NCBI GenBank assembly: GCA_019322375.1 | Contig: JAHWIP010000035.1 | Coordinates: 1-62,542, forward strand | Reading direction: 5' to 3' | DNA length: 62,542 nt | Origin: Candidatus Woesearchaeota archaeon | Lineage (GTDB): Archaea > Nanobdellota > Nanobdellia > Woesearchaeales > SM23-78 | Shown here: piece by piece, positions 54,497 through 62,542 of the stretch | Layout of the letters: each line of letters opens with the position of its first letter | How positions within the stretch are numbered: the first letter of the stretch is position 1 | Notes under the pieces: model-generated | Seen by the model: only the letters and a program-made list of their open reading frames with translations | The model's database searches: none | Told to the model about the DNA's origin: nothing | Translations under genes and position numbers: made by a program

Positions 54497-55033
54497 TTAA
54501 TGCTTTTTTATCTTGGTACCGCACCTCATACAGTATCTTGCATAATCATAATGCCTGGTTTTGCAAGCAGGGCAGGCTATTATACTCATGTGCGGCGGGT
54601 GTTGCTGTGGTGTTGCTCTGTGCACCTCGTGCTGTCCTCGCATATGGCTTACTTCATGATGCGGTGTTCTATGAGTATGCTGGCGTTGAGCTTGATGATG
54701 GATTTGATGTGTCTGAGGCGCTGATTGTTGTGCTTGATGATGAGAGGCCTGGTGCTGAGGTTGTTGAGTTTGAGGATGCACTACATGTTGGTGTCCTCGT
54801 TGTTCTGTATTAACATATGCTGGTTGATTCATCTTCTTTTGCTTTGGATGTTTGTCATCTTTCCTAAAAACAGCTTTAAACACATATTTACCAATGCCTA
54901 TTAATATGAACAATATACCAACATAAAGAAAAACTAGTAAGGGTTTGGCTCCCTCGCTGTCCTTTATGAGCTGAGAAGCCAATATCATTATTATGCCAAG
55001 GATTACATAAACCCAGCCAGGAATAGGTGCCAT
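54497..55033 (-). CDS. Membrane protein with a His/Gln-rich linker and C-terminal zinc ribbon
   Basis: Two N-terminal hydrophobic helices. A ~70-aa H/Q/P-rich, locally GC-rich segment. Ends 'CPACKTRHYDYARYCMRCGTK'. Confidence 0.6.
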   Translation of the reverse strand: MAPIPGWVYVILGIIMILASQLIKDSEGAKPLLVFLYVGILFILIGIGKYVFKAVFRKDDKHPKQKKMNQPAYVNTEQRGHQHVVHPQTQQPQHQASHHQAQQSAPQTHQIHHQAQRQHTHRTPHHEVSHMRGQHEVHRATPQQHPPHMSIIACPACKTRHYDYARYCMRCGTKIKKH

Positions 55034-55083
55034 GATTATTTCTTAAGATTCAGGGTTTTAATATTTTTTGCATTTAGCAGTAT

Positions 55084-55452
55084 TCAGAAAGTAGAAGCTA
55101 GCCGAATTATTGTAAGAATAATGCCTAAGGCTATAATTATAACAATTATAAGCATTATTATTCTTGCTTTTTTAGAGAAAGGTCCTCTGTCTGCAAATGT
55201 TGGTTGAAAAGAAGGGTTAAAATTAATTGGTTGGTCAGGAAGTTTAGCAGCTTCTTCTGGCGGTATTTCAGGAAATAAAGGGCCTTGAAACCCGCAGGTT
55301 TGGCAAACAAAGTTTGGGCTTAAAGCCTGCCATCTGCCGAAGCCTACCATTCCTCTGGATTTTACTTTCTTGCTCTTGCATTTTGGACAGATTTTTACCC
55401 ATTGTACTTTTGGTTCTCTAGGCTTTTTAGATTTGTTTGCTTTTTTGAACAT
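55084..55452 (-). CDS. Small zinc-ribbon protein with a C-terminal TM
   Basis: 'CPKCKSKK...CQTCGF' and TM 'IIMLIIVIIIALGIILTIIRL'. The ATG at 55452 lies 21 nt after 'TTTTATAAATA', suggesting a leaderless transcript. Confidence 0.55.
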   Translation of the reverse strand: MFKKANKSKKPREPKVQWVKICPKCKSKKVKSRGMVGFGRWQALSPNFVCQTCGFQGPLFPEIPPEEAAKLPDQPINFNPSFQPTFADRGPFSKKARIIMLIIVIIIALGIILTIIRLASTF

Positions 55453-55534
55453 ATAATAGTACAAAGATTTTTTTATTTATAAAATTGTTCTTTTTTCCAA
55501 AAACATTTTATACTACAACAACCTACTCCTGGAT

Positions 55535-55696
55535 ATGACTGATGAATTATTTGGAAAAAAGAAAAAAAAGAAAGAGGAGCTTTTCAAAGATTTAGATGTT
55601 GATTTAGACTCAGACCTTCCTGTGCACGAGAAGTTTGTGGATGAGAAAGGATTAAGAGAGATGAAGGGTAAGAAAAAGAAACAAAGAAGGGTTTGA
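55535..55696 (+). CDS. Possible 53-aa highly charged small protein (unannotated)
   Basis: The ATG is ~23 nt downstream of 'ACATTTTATAC'. Translates to 'MTDELFGKKKKKKEELFKDLDVDLDSDLPVHEKFVDEKGLREMKGKKKKQRRV'. No homology argument is available. Confidence 0.3.
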   Translation: MTDELFGKKKKKKEELFKDLDVDLDSDLPVHEKFVDEKGLREMKGKKKKQRRV

Positions 55697-55698
55697 AT

Positions 55699-56442
55699 TT
55701 ATTTCTTTGCACTCTTCCAAACTGTTTCAAAGTATTTCTTGAAGTTCTTTGATATTTCTTTTGAATGAATCAAATATGCAAGGGGTTTTTCTGTCCACGA
55801 TGTGATTAAAACCTTGTCCTGATAGATATCCACCATTGAGGGAAGTGGAAAGTCTACAAATCTTAAATCCATGAAGCTTGGAGGTTTTTCAAAATCTTTT
55901 GATTTCTGGTATTCGCGTGTGCCCACCCCTCTTAGCTTTATCCCTAGTTTCTTGTAGTAATGAAAAGCCTGTTTATAGAACAGGTTCTGTAGTTTAAAGT
56001 GTTCTTTGTCATATATGTAGAAGAAGAGCAACTGGTCTTTCCTAGTATTATTTTCTAATAATCGTTCATAAGCTGTTTTTACTCCTTTAAAGCCTTCAAA
56101 GATTTCTGCTTCTTGCTCAACATCGGGAATGCCTGCTTTTCTAAGGCCAGGTATTAGTGCTTTTAGTATTGTTCTGTTTTGTTGTAGCTCTTGCTCTTGC
56201 TTGTCTAAATAATCACTCAGCCTTGTCGGCGGCACAGCATTAAAGTATTTTGTTTTCTCTTTTAACACATAACTTGCCAGTCCTTTTTCTATTAGTCTTT
56301 GGAGTATTGAGTATACCTTAGAGTTTGCTACTTTTGCTTTTTTTATTATCGGTCCTACTGTTGAAGAACCTAGTCTTAGCAATGCAAGGTATACTTTTGC
56401 CTCTCCTTCTGTTAATCCCAGTTTTATTAATTCTTCTTTCAA
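55699..56442 (-). CDS. TrmB-family transcriptional regulator
   Basis: 'LGLTEGEAKVYLALLRLGSSTVGPIIKKAKVANSKVYSILQRLIEKGL' is the TrmB N-terminal wHTH. The apparent start codon is TTG. Confidence 0.8.
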   Translation of the reverse strand: MKEELIKLGLTEGEAKVYLALLRLGSSTVGPIIKKAKVANSKVYSILQRLIEKGLASYVLKEKTKYFNAVPPTRLSDYLDKQEQELQQNRTILKALIPGLRKAGIPDVEQEAEIFEGFKGVKTAYERLLENNTRKDQLLFFYIYDKEHFKLQNLFYKQAFHYYKKLGIKLRGVGTREYQKSKDFEKPPSFMDLRFVDFPLPSMVDIYQDKVLITSWTEKPLAYLIHSKEISKNFKKYFETVWKSAKK

Positions 56443-56500
56443 TTTATACCCCCTTAGGGGGAGTTAAGTTTTAAATAGTTTTTGGTTTTGCCACGTTGAG

Positions 56501-56794
56501 ATGAAGAACAACCATAGATTCAAGGATTTGGCAATTAGAGGAGCATACGCCGTAATAGCGATATTGTCATACCAAGTAGGAACGTGCATTGGAGACTTCT
56601 TTGTAAAGCAACAAAAAACACTGGAGCCAGGATACCCAGTTCCGCACGAAGTAAGAATCAATTACTGTGACTTAAATAATGATGGAACGCATGAGACTAG
56701 GCTAACACATAAGGGCAAATCATATCTCTTAAAACTTGATGAAAAAAAGAACTTGGTACTTGAAGCGTATAAAATTAATCACAATAAAAAATAA
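56501..56794 (+). CDS. Hypothetical 97-aa protein with one hydrophobic segment
   Basis: ORF directly upstream of the solute-binding protein gene. No recognised motif. Confidence 0.4.
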   Translation: MKNNHRFKDLAIRGAYAVIAILSYQVGTCIGDFFVKQQKTLEPGYPVPHEVRINYCDLNNDGTHETRLTHKGKSYLLKLDEKKNLVLEAYKINHNKK

Positions 56795-56801
56795 TTAGGG
56801 A

Positions 56802-57941
56802 ATGAAAATGAAACTAAGCACGATAATAACCATTGCAATAATGGTTTTACTAATAACAGGCTGCACAAGTGCACCTGCAGGTGAAGTTGTAAAAGAAAAA
56901 CAAGAAGTCATCAAAATAGGCGCAATCCTATCATTAACAGGGCCTGCTGCTGTCTGGGGGGAAAGCGGAAGGCAGGGAATAGAACTTGCTGTGTCTGATG
57001 TTAATGCAAAAGGAGGGATTAATGGGAAAAAACTTGTTGTTGTTTATGAGGATGATGGAACAGATTCAAAGCAAGCAGTAACTGCTTTTCATAAACTTGT
57101 CTCAACCGACAAAGTTTCTGCAATAATAGGGGGGACATGGGATTTTAACTACAATGCCATTGCTCCTCTTGCAGAGACTTACAAAATAACTCTTTTTACT
57201 CCTCAAAATCTAAAAGCCGAGGGGCTGGTTATAAATGATTACACTTTTGTAATGCGCCCTGACTTAAGAAAATTAACTTGGGTTTTGGAAGATGAGATAA
57301 AAAACAATAATATTAAGAGAGCTGCAATTATAAGATATGTTTCTTCTTTTGGACAAGCACTTTCTTATGGGATGCAGGACATAATGCAAAAAACCGGCGG
57401 CGAGCTTGTTCTTGATGAACAATATAACACTATTGGTTCAAATGATTTTTTGACAATGGTTACCAAAGTCAAGAACTCAAAAGCAGAAGCTTTATTCATT
57501 GATATGATGGACACTGATATTGTGAATTTAATAAAAAGAACAAGAGAACAAGGCCTTGACATCAAGATTTTCAGTCATAGCACTGTTGAAGACGGACTTG
57601 TGAATCCTGACGTTGATAATTCTTTATACAATGGTATTGTTTATTTTGACTGGGACACCCCCCCATCTGAAGAGTTTAGAACCAAATTCAGAGAAAAGTA
57701 TGAAGTAGAGCCTTCCCGCTCAACAGACGGAGCTTATGACAGCGTAATGATTATTGCTGAAGCATTTTCAGAGATTAGTGATAAGGCAAGAATTAATGAA
57801 TACATACAAACCCATTCTTTCAAAACAATTAATGGAGAAATAACTTTCAAAGACAATGTAGTTAACACAAGGATTGTGTTTGTAAAGAAAGTTGTTAATG
57901 GAAAAGTAGAAATCATAAGTAAAAAAGAAATCATAACTTAA
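56802..57941 (+). CDS. ABC-transporter substrate-binding lipoprotein (LivK / branched-chain amino-acid type)
   Basis: Lipobox-like 'LLITGCTS'. 'IKIGAILSLTGPAAVWGESGRQGIELAVSDVNAKGGINGKKLVVVYEDDGTD' is typical of this family. Confidence 0.85.
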   Translation: MKMKLSTIITIAIMVLLITGCTSAPAGEVVKEKQEVIKIGAILSLTGPAAVWGESGRQGIELAVSDVNAKGGINGKKLVVVYEDDGTDSKQAVTAFHKLVSTDKVSAIIGGTWDFNYNAIAPLAETYKITLFTPQNLKAEGLVINDYTFVMRPDLRKLTWVLEDEIKNNNIKRAAIIRYVSSFGQALSYGMQDIMQKTGGELVLDEQYNTIGSNDFLTMVTKVKNSKAEALFIDMMDTDIVNLIKRTREQGLDIKIFSHSTVEDGLVNPDVDNSLYNGIVYFDWDTPPSEEFRTKFREKYEVEPSRSTDGAYDSVMIIAEAFSEISDKARINEYIQTHSFKTINGEITFKDNVVNTRIVFVKKVVNGKVEIISKKEIIT

Positions 57942-57950
57942 AATTATTTC

Positions 57951-59225
57951 CTATTTCTTCTTTCCAATAACTTTTATCCCACCCATGTAATGCCTTAATG
58001 CCTTTGGAATTGTTATGCTGCCATCCTTGTTCTGATGGTGCTCTAGGATTGCCACCATTATTCTTGAGGTTGCCAGAGCTGTGTTGTTAAGGGCATGAAC
58101 CACTTCTCTTCTTCCCTGCCTGTCAAGTTTTATGTTTAAGTCTCTTACCTGGTAGTCTGTGCAGTTGCTCAGGCTCATTACTTCTCCGTAATTCTTGGTC
58201 GTTGGCCTCCACACCTCGATGTCTGCGCTCTTGGTTTTCCATGGCGCCAGGTCTCCTGAGCACATCTCTAGCACACGGTAAGGCAAGTCAAGTTTTTGCA
58301 TTATTTCCTCTGAGTTTTTCAAGAGCTCATCATACATCTTGTATGAATCTTCTGGAACGCAGAGAATCACCTGCTCTACTTTGTTGAACTGATGGGTTCT
58401 CCAAAGCCCTTTTTCATTTATGCCATGGCTTCCAATTTCTCTTCTAAAGCACATGCTGTATGAGTACACTTTTTTTGGCAGGTCTTTTTCTAGAAAGGTT
58501 GTTCCTATGTATCTTGCTAGTAATGCATATTCTGTTGTTCCTATCAGCGCCAGGTCTTCATCTTTTATTTCATAGATAGTATTTGCAAACTCTTGTGTGT
58601 CAAGGCTTGCTGAAAGTATTGGTTTTTTTAGCATTAATGGTGTTTCAATATAATGATACCCTTTTTTTTGCATAAAATCAAGTGCAAAGCGGATAAGAGC
58701 CTGGTTTAAAAGACCTAATTCTCCTTCTAAGAAGTAGAATCCATGGCCTGATGTTTTTGCACTTGCCTCAAAATCAGCAATACCCAATTCTTCGCAGATT
58801 TGAACATGGTTTTTGATTGGAAAATCAAACTTTGGAAGCTTGCCCCATTTCTTTATTACCTTGTTTTCTTTTTCATTTTTGCCAATAGGAACTGACTCAT
58901 GAATGATGTTGGGTATTTTGGGAAGCAAGGAGAGCATCTGCTTTTCAATCTTTACTTGTTTTTCTTCTGCTTTTTTTATATCTCCAGGAATACTCTTTGC
59001 TTTTTTAACCAAAGCCTTAACATTCTTGCCTGCTTTCTTAGCCTTGTTAATTTCCTCACTTATCTTGTTTCTCTCATGGCGCAGAGTGTCAATCTTTGCT
59101 CTTAGTTTTCTCCACTCAGCATCTGTTTTTAAGAAATCATCAACTACCTTTGGGTCTTGGAACTTCTTCTTCAGGTTTTTTTTGATTAAGTCAGGGTTTT
59201 CGCGTATGAACTTGATATCGAGCAT
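57951..59225 (-). CDS. serS: Seryl-tRNA synthetase
   Basis: 'MLDIKFIRENPDLIKKNL', an N-terminal coiled-coil arm and class II motifs ('FRREIGSHG', 'GLWRTHQFNKVE', 'LNNTALATSRIMVAILE'). Confidence 0.95.
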   Translation of the reverse strand: MLDIKFIRENPDLIKKNLKKKFQDPKVVDDFLKTDAEWRKLRAKIDTLRHERNKISEEINKAKKAGKNVKALVKKAKSIPGDIKKAEEKQVKIEKQMLSLLPKIPNIIHESVPIGKNEKENKVIKKWGKLPKFDFPIKNHVQICEELGIADFEASAKTSGHGFYFLEGELGLLNQALIRFALDFMQKKGYHYIETPLMLKKPILSASLDTQEFANTIYEIKDEDLALIGTTEYALLARYIGTTFLEKDLPKKVYSYSMCFRREIGSHGINEKGLWRTHQFNKVEQVILCVPEDSYKMYDELLKNSEEIMQKLDLPYRVLEMCSGDLAPWKTKSADIEVWRPTTKNYGEVMSLSNCTDYQVRDLNIKLDRQGRREVVHALNNTALATSRIMVAILEHHQNKDGSITIPKALRHYMGGIKVIGKKK

Positions 59226-59320
59226 TTTCAGGATATGAATAGGCTTGTATGTTTAAATATTTTGCTGTGTTTTGGCTTTAGTCAAAATGCTCAAAAATCT
59301 ATTGATTTTTGTTGTAAAAT

Positions 59321-61204
59321 TTAAGAACTCCCTCTTATCTCCAGCTTTTCTCCTGCCTGCACTGCTTTTAGAATGATTCTGCCTATTTTGTTGAACTTGA
59401 TTATCTTGATTATGCTTTTTCTTGAGGCAGTCGCGCTTAACAAGTAGTCTTCTCCTACATATACGTCTACTTCTTTGAATGCATGTTCAGGGCTTAATCT
59501 TATCAATATGTTTTTTTTATCAATCTTTACCTGATATGGAATTGTGTCTGTTCTTTCTTCTCTTTTGACGTGTTGCTTGTTGCTTTTCTGTGCTCCTTCA
59601 ACAACATCAATGCTCACTCCTAGCTTGTGTTCTATTTCTTCTATTGTTCTTCCATTCCTTCCTATAAGCCTTGCTTTTTGTCCAAGAGGAACATACACCC
59701 TGCACCTGTTATCTGAGAGCATTTCTGCTTCTGCTTTTTTAACATATCTTTTTATCTCGTTCTTAATGGTTTCTTGTGCTAGTTTTTGTGTGGGAGAGGT
59801 GTATTCTGCTTTTACAGGTATAACAACTGTTTGCTCTCCATAAGTATAGATTTCGAATTCTAGTCTGCCTGTGTTAAAATCATTAACAATAACAACAGGC
59901 CTTGCCAAGTCTGCTTCTGTCATGCCACTAGGAACTTTTACTTCCATGTTAAGAGAAAAAATTCTATCAATTGCTCCATTGGTTATGAATATAACTGTGT
60001 CCACAATATGAGGTATTACTCCTAGCTCTATCCTCCCTATGAATCTCTGGATTGCATCTATAGGTTTTGTTGCATGAATCACTCCTACCATTCCTACACC
60101 GCTAAGTCTTAAATCTGAGAATAATCTAAAATCCTCTGTGTTTCTCATCTCATCAAAAATAGTGTAATCAGGCCTGCTAAGCAACAAGATGTCATGTATC
60201 TCATGACTGCTTCCATAATTCATAGAGTATTGGGTTACTTCGTCGCTAAGCGTGAGGTCGCGCGGAGATTCAATTGTTTTGATTACCTTGTTTTTTTTCA
60301 AGTAATGTTCTGCTAGTGCTTGTGCAAAAGTGGTTTTTCCATGGCCAGGCGCGCCGGCTATCAATATGCCTTCTGCTTTTTCATCAATACGTTTTTGTAT
60401 TTTTTCATTAAGCTCATACTCATTAAGAGTAAGTTTTTTGATAGGATGAACAGCTGTTATCTCATACCCATCTGCAAAAGGCGGACGCGTTATCACAATT
60501 CGAAATGTGCTCAGCTGGATAATGGTTGAGCCTCTTCTATCAGATTCAATAAATCCATCAGTTCTAGAGCTGGCTTCTTCTGTTATTGCTTTTGCAAGTT
60601 CTTTAACACCTTCTCTGTCAAGTTTTTCCTTGGCTATCTCAATGTATCTCCATTCTCCTGGCCTGCCTTTTTTTGCTTTTATTGAGCACTCCTCTTTTAT
60701 ATGAACACTCATAGTTGTTTTATCAAAGTATTTCTCAAGAACAAAAGGTTTTTCTTCTTGCTCAAATTCATACAAAATGATATTAATGCCTTTGCTTTCT
60801 GCAACTAGACTCTGGACTTTGTCAGCAGTCACCAGAGTTGCTTTTTCCTGAGCAGCCAAATGCCTGATAACAGAATCAATCTCGCCAGATTTAGCATGCT
60901 TAATCTCAAACTCACTTGGTCTTTTGCCCTTGAACAAAACTCTAAACCTGAATTTTTTGCCTAGCTCTCTGAGCTTTTTAATTTCTTCTAACCCAAGATA
61001 CCCTGTTTCCCTGTTCCTGTTAGCCTGGCTTTCCAACTCAGCCATAACAGTCTCATGAATAATGATAGTGCTAGGGTTGAGTTTTCTCTTCTCAATCTTC
61101 TTAGAAAGCAAACCCTCTATAATTATGCTGGTGTCAGGAACCAGTCTTAGAACTCTTGTTCCAGTCTTTTTAACAGTCTTTCTAGTGATTTTTTTCTTTA
61201 TCAT
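59321..61204 (-). CDS. PIN domain - PilT-like ATPase - KH domain protein (archaeal COG1855 type)
   Basis: N-terminal PIN-like 'LVPDTSIIIEG'. Walker A 'GAPGHGKTTF'. C-terminal KH-like 'LIGRNGRTIEEIEHKLGVSIDV'. The ATG at 61204 ('MIKKKITRK') is preferred. Confidence 0.85.
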   Translation of the reverse strand: MIKKKITRKTVKKTGTRVLRLVPDTSIIIEGLLSKKIEKRKLNPSTIIIHETVMAELESQANRNRETGYLGLEEIKKLRELGKKFRFRVLFKGKRPSEFEIKHAKSGEIDSVIRHLAAQEKATLVTADKVQSLVAESKGINIILYEFEQEEKPFVLEKYFDKTTMSVHIKEECSIKAKKGRPGEWRYIEIAKEKLDREGVKELAKAITEEASSRTDGFIESDRRGSTIIQLSTFRIVITRPPFADGYEITAVHPIKKLTLNEYELNEKIQKRIDEKAEGILIAGAPGHGKTTFAQALAEHYLKKNKVIKTIESPRDLTLSDEVTQYSMNYGSSHEIHDILLLSRPDYTIFDEMRNTEDFRLFSDLRLSGVGMVGVIHATKPIDAIQRFIGRIELGVIPHIVDTVIFITNGAIDRIFSLNMEVKVPSGMTEADLARPVVIVNDFNTGRLEFEIYTYGEQTVVIPVKAEYTSPTQKLAQETIKNEIKRYVKKAEAEMLSDNRCRVYVPLGQKARLIGRNGRTIEEIEHKLGVSIDVVEGAQKSNKQHVKREERTDTIPYQVKIDKKNILIRLSPEHAFKEVDVYVGEDYLLSATASRKSIIKIIKFNKIGRIILKAVQAGEKLEIRGSS

Positions 61205-61287
61205 AGTTAAACTCCAGACTGGCAAGAACAAAGAATTAGTTAGGGTTTATAAAGGTTGTTGCAATAATATATCTAATAAAGAAAAAA

Positions 61288-61488
61288 CTACTTCAACTTC
61301 CTCTTCATCTCTCCCAGCAACTTATTGGTCTTTTTTATCTCATTAAGCATCTGGGTTGTTATCTCTTTGACTTTGCTTTGCTTCCAGTTCAGGTACATCA
61401 TGTAGATGTTGAAGGCTAATACTATGAAGTAAGTTATAAGCATTACCACCAAGGATGTGCCTGCTAGTTCAGGGGTTAGTTCTATCAT
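61288..61488 (-). CDS. Small 66-aa membrane protein
   Basis: One TM ('SLVVMLITYFIVLAFNIYMMYL'). A TATA-like 'TTTAAAAG' lies ~25-30 nt upstream of the ATG. Confidence 0.4.
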   Translation of the reverse strand: MIELTPELAGTSLVVMLITYFIVLAFNIYMMYLNWKQSKVKEITTQMLNEIKKTNKLLGEMKRKLK

Positions 61489-61525
61489 TTTAACTTAGAG
61501 AGGGAGTTTGTTCTTTTAAATGTTT

Positions 61526-62296
61526 TTATGATTTATTTTTAAAGGAAAATTTTGCTCTTTTCCAAAGGACTTCAAACTGTTTTTTATAGAGATCTGCTAC
61601 TTCTTCGCTTTGTATCCTTATTACCAATGGTTTTAATGTAAATATATAATAAACCATCTTATTTCCATATATAGAATGTACAACATTATTATTGAAGTAT
61701 TCTTTAGGAAGAATCTTCGCTTTTACATAAGGATGCTTGGTTATCTTTTTTCCTTGTGCATAAAGCTGTCTTGAAGGAATCTTGTGTTTTCTTCTTAAAT
61801 TCCAGAATCTTTTCCAGACATATTCAGGGACAGATTTAGTAAATTCTTTTTCTGAGAAAGAATTCATCACAAGGATTTCTTTGTATTTTTTCTCTACTCC
61901 GTCTTTTATTGTGTCATTTAAGATATATTTTACCCCTTCTAATCCTTCATATATTTCAACTGTTGATGTTGTTAGTTCTTGCGTTTGTTTTAAAAATTCT
62001 ACTCTCTTTTTTAATTCTTCTTTTTGTTGTTTTATTTTTTCTTGTTTTTCATCCAAATAGTTAATTATGTTATCAGGATCTGTTATTCTATATACTCTTA
62101 TTTTTCCTTTGGTTATATAATTAACAAAGCCTTTACCAAGCAGGCTGTTTAGTGAATCATACACATGAGACCTAGATATGCGTGTGTGTCTTGCTATATC
62201 ATAAGCTTTTGCTTCTATGAGTTTCATCAAAATTAAGTATATCTCTGCCTCGTTGTTTGTTAATCCAACAGCAATTAAATCTGATTTATTGAGCAT
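61526..62296 (-). CDS. TrmB-family transcriptional regulator (second copy)
   Basis: 'VGLTNNEAEIYLILMKLIEAKAYDIARHTRISRSHVYDSLNSLLGKGF'. The promoter 'CGAAACATTTAAAAATA' ends ~23 nt before the ATG. Confidence 0.8.
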   Translation of the reverse strand: MLNKSDLIAVGLTNNEAEIYLILMKLIEAKAYDIARHTRISRSHVYDSLNSLLGKGFVNYITKGKIRVYRITDPDNIINYLDEKQEKIKQQKEELKKRVEFLKQTQELTTSTVEIYEGLEGVKYILNDTIKDGVEKKYKEILVMNSFSEKEFTKSVPEYVWKRFWNLRRKHKIPSRQLYAQGKKITKHPYVKAKILPKEYFNNNVVHSIYGNKMVYYIFTLKPLVIRIQSEEVADLYKKQFEVLWKRAKFSFKNKS

Positions 62297-62318
62297 ATCT
62301 AATTAGATGTTGATTGTT

Positions 62319-62334
62319 ATTTTTAAATGTTTCG
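62319..62334 (-). promoter_or_regulatory. BRE/TATA promoter of the TrmB gene 61526-62296
   Basis: The minus strand reads CGAAACATTTAAAAAT. The ATG lies ~23 nt downstream. Confidence 0.55.
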
Positions 62335-62542
62335 TCCTTTTAAAGGACGAATAAAATTAATATACTTCCTCTTATCGCTACATCTAAGGGGTAAAATAAT
62401 GAAGAGGGACAGATAAAAATGAACCTCCCCGCCCTAAAGGGCGAGGTATCACTTAAGCAAAGGAAGTAACTTTCCTTTGTTGTACAAAATTCCAAGAACC
62501 TTGGGATGATGCGATATAATGCTGAATAGTCTCAGCAGTGAC

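Noticed and set aside
54322-54813. 163-aa plus-strand ORF (and 54488-54724) opposite the His/Gln-rich gene.
   Set aside because: It is the mirror frame of a GC-rich low-complexity coding segment. The minus-strand gene has TM helices and a zinc ribbon and is the coherent reading.
62480-62542. Possible C/D-box sRNA ('ATGATGC'...'CTGA').
   Set aside because: The C box has a mismatch. The spacing to the CTGA is ~9 nt instead of ~12. The putative C'/D boxes would fall beyond the window edge.
1-62542. CRISPR arrays, transposases/integrases, rRNA/tRNA genes, toxin-antitoxin or known defence modules.
   Set aside because: I found no regularly spaced direct repeats with unique spacers, no DDE or tyrosine-recombinase motifs and no cloverleaf-compatible sequences in intergenic regions. 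The RHH and AbrB-like mini-ORFs are followed by large surface genes, not toxin-sized partners.

Overview
AT-rich archaeal window, probably a DPANN-like lineage. The archaeal call rests on BRE/TATA promoters of the form CGAAACATTTAWATA, Shine-Dalgarno sites matching GGAGGTGAT, frequent leaderless starts, TrmB regulators, an Fe-S XPD helicase, a KaiC-like ATPase and a PIN-ATPase-KH protein. Positions 1 to about 51000 form a surface-protein island; positions 51000-62542 are ordinary core genes (radical SAM, XPD, nitroreductase, TrmB x2, solute-binding protein, serS, PIN/KH ATPase). The island holds three giant secreted proteins (one 5'-truncated, then 1773 aa and 2745 aa), several 400-1300 aa membrane-anchored glycoproteins with coiled-coil cytoplasmic tails, and two families of small anchorless secreted proteins that I do not recognise. 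Family A has five genes and family B has two. Each family's whole fold also forms the C-terminal domain of a giant adhesin: family A in the truncated and 1773-aa proteins, family B in the 2745-aa protein. This small-subunit plus giant tip-like protein pattern, with no type IV pilin signals or known assembly genes, is my best candidate for an undescribed archaeal surface fibre or lattice system. Signalling genes are interleaved with it: a KaiC-like ATPase, two P-loop-less KaiC-like paralogs, a Hanks kinase, and a histidine kinase with a receiver protein. Most surface-protein transcription units are led by their own small DNA-binding gene, and two of these are unannotated ORFs under 60 aa. I found no rRNA, tRNA, CRISPR array or transposase/integrase. 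All functional calls come from motif reading by eye, with no database searches.
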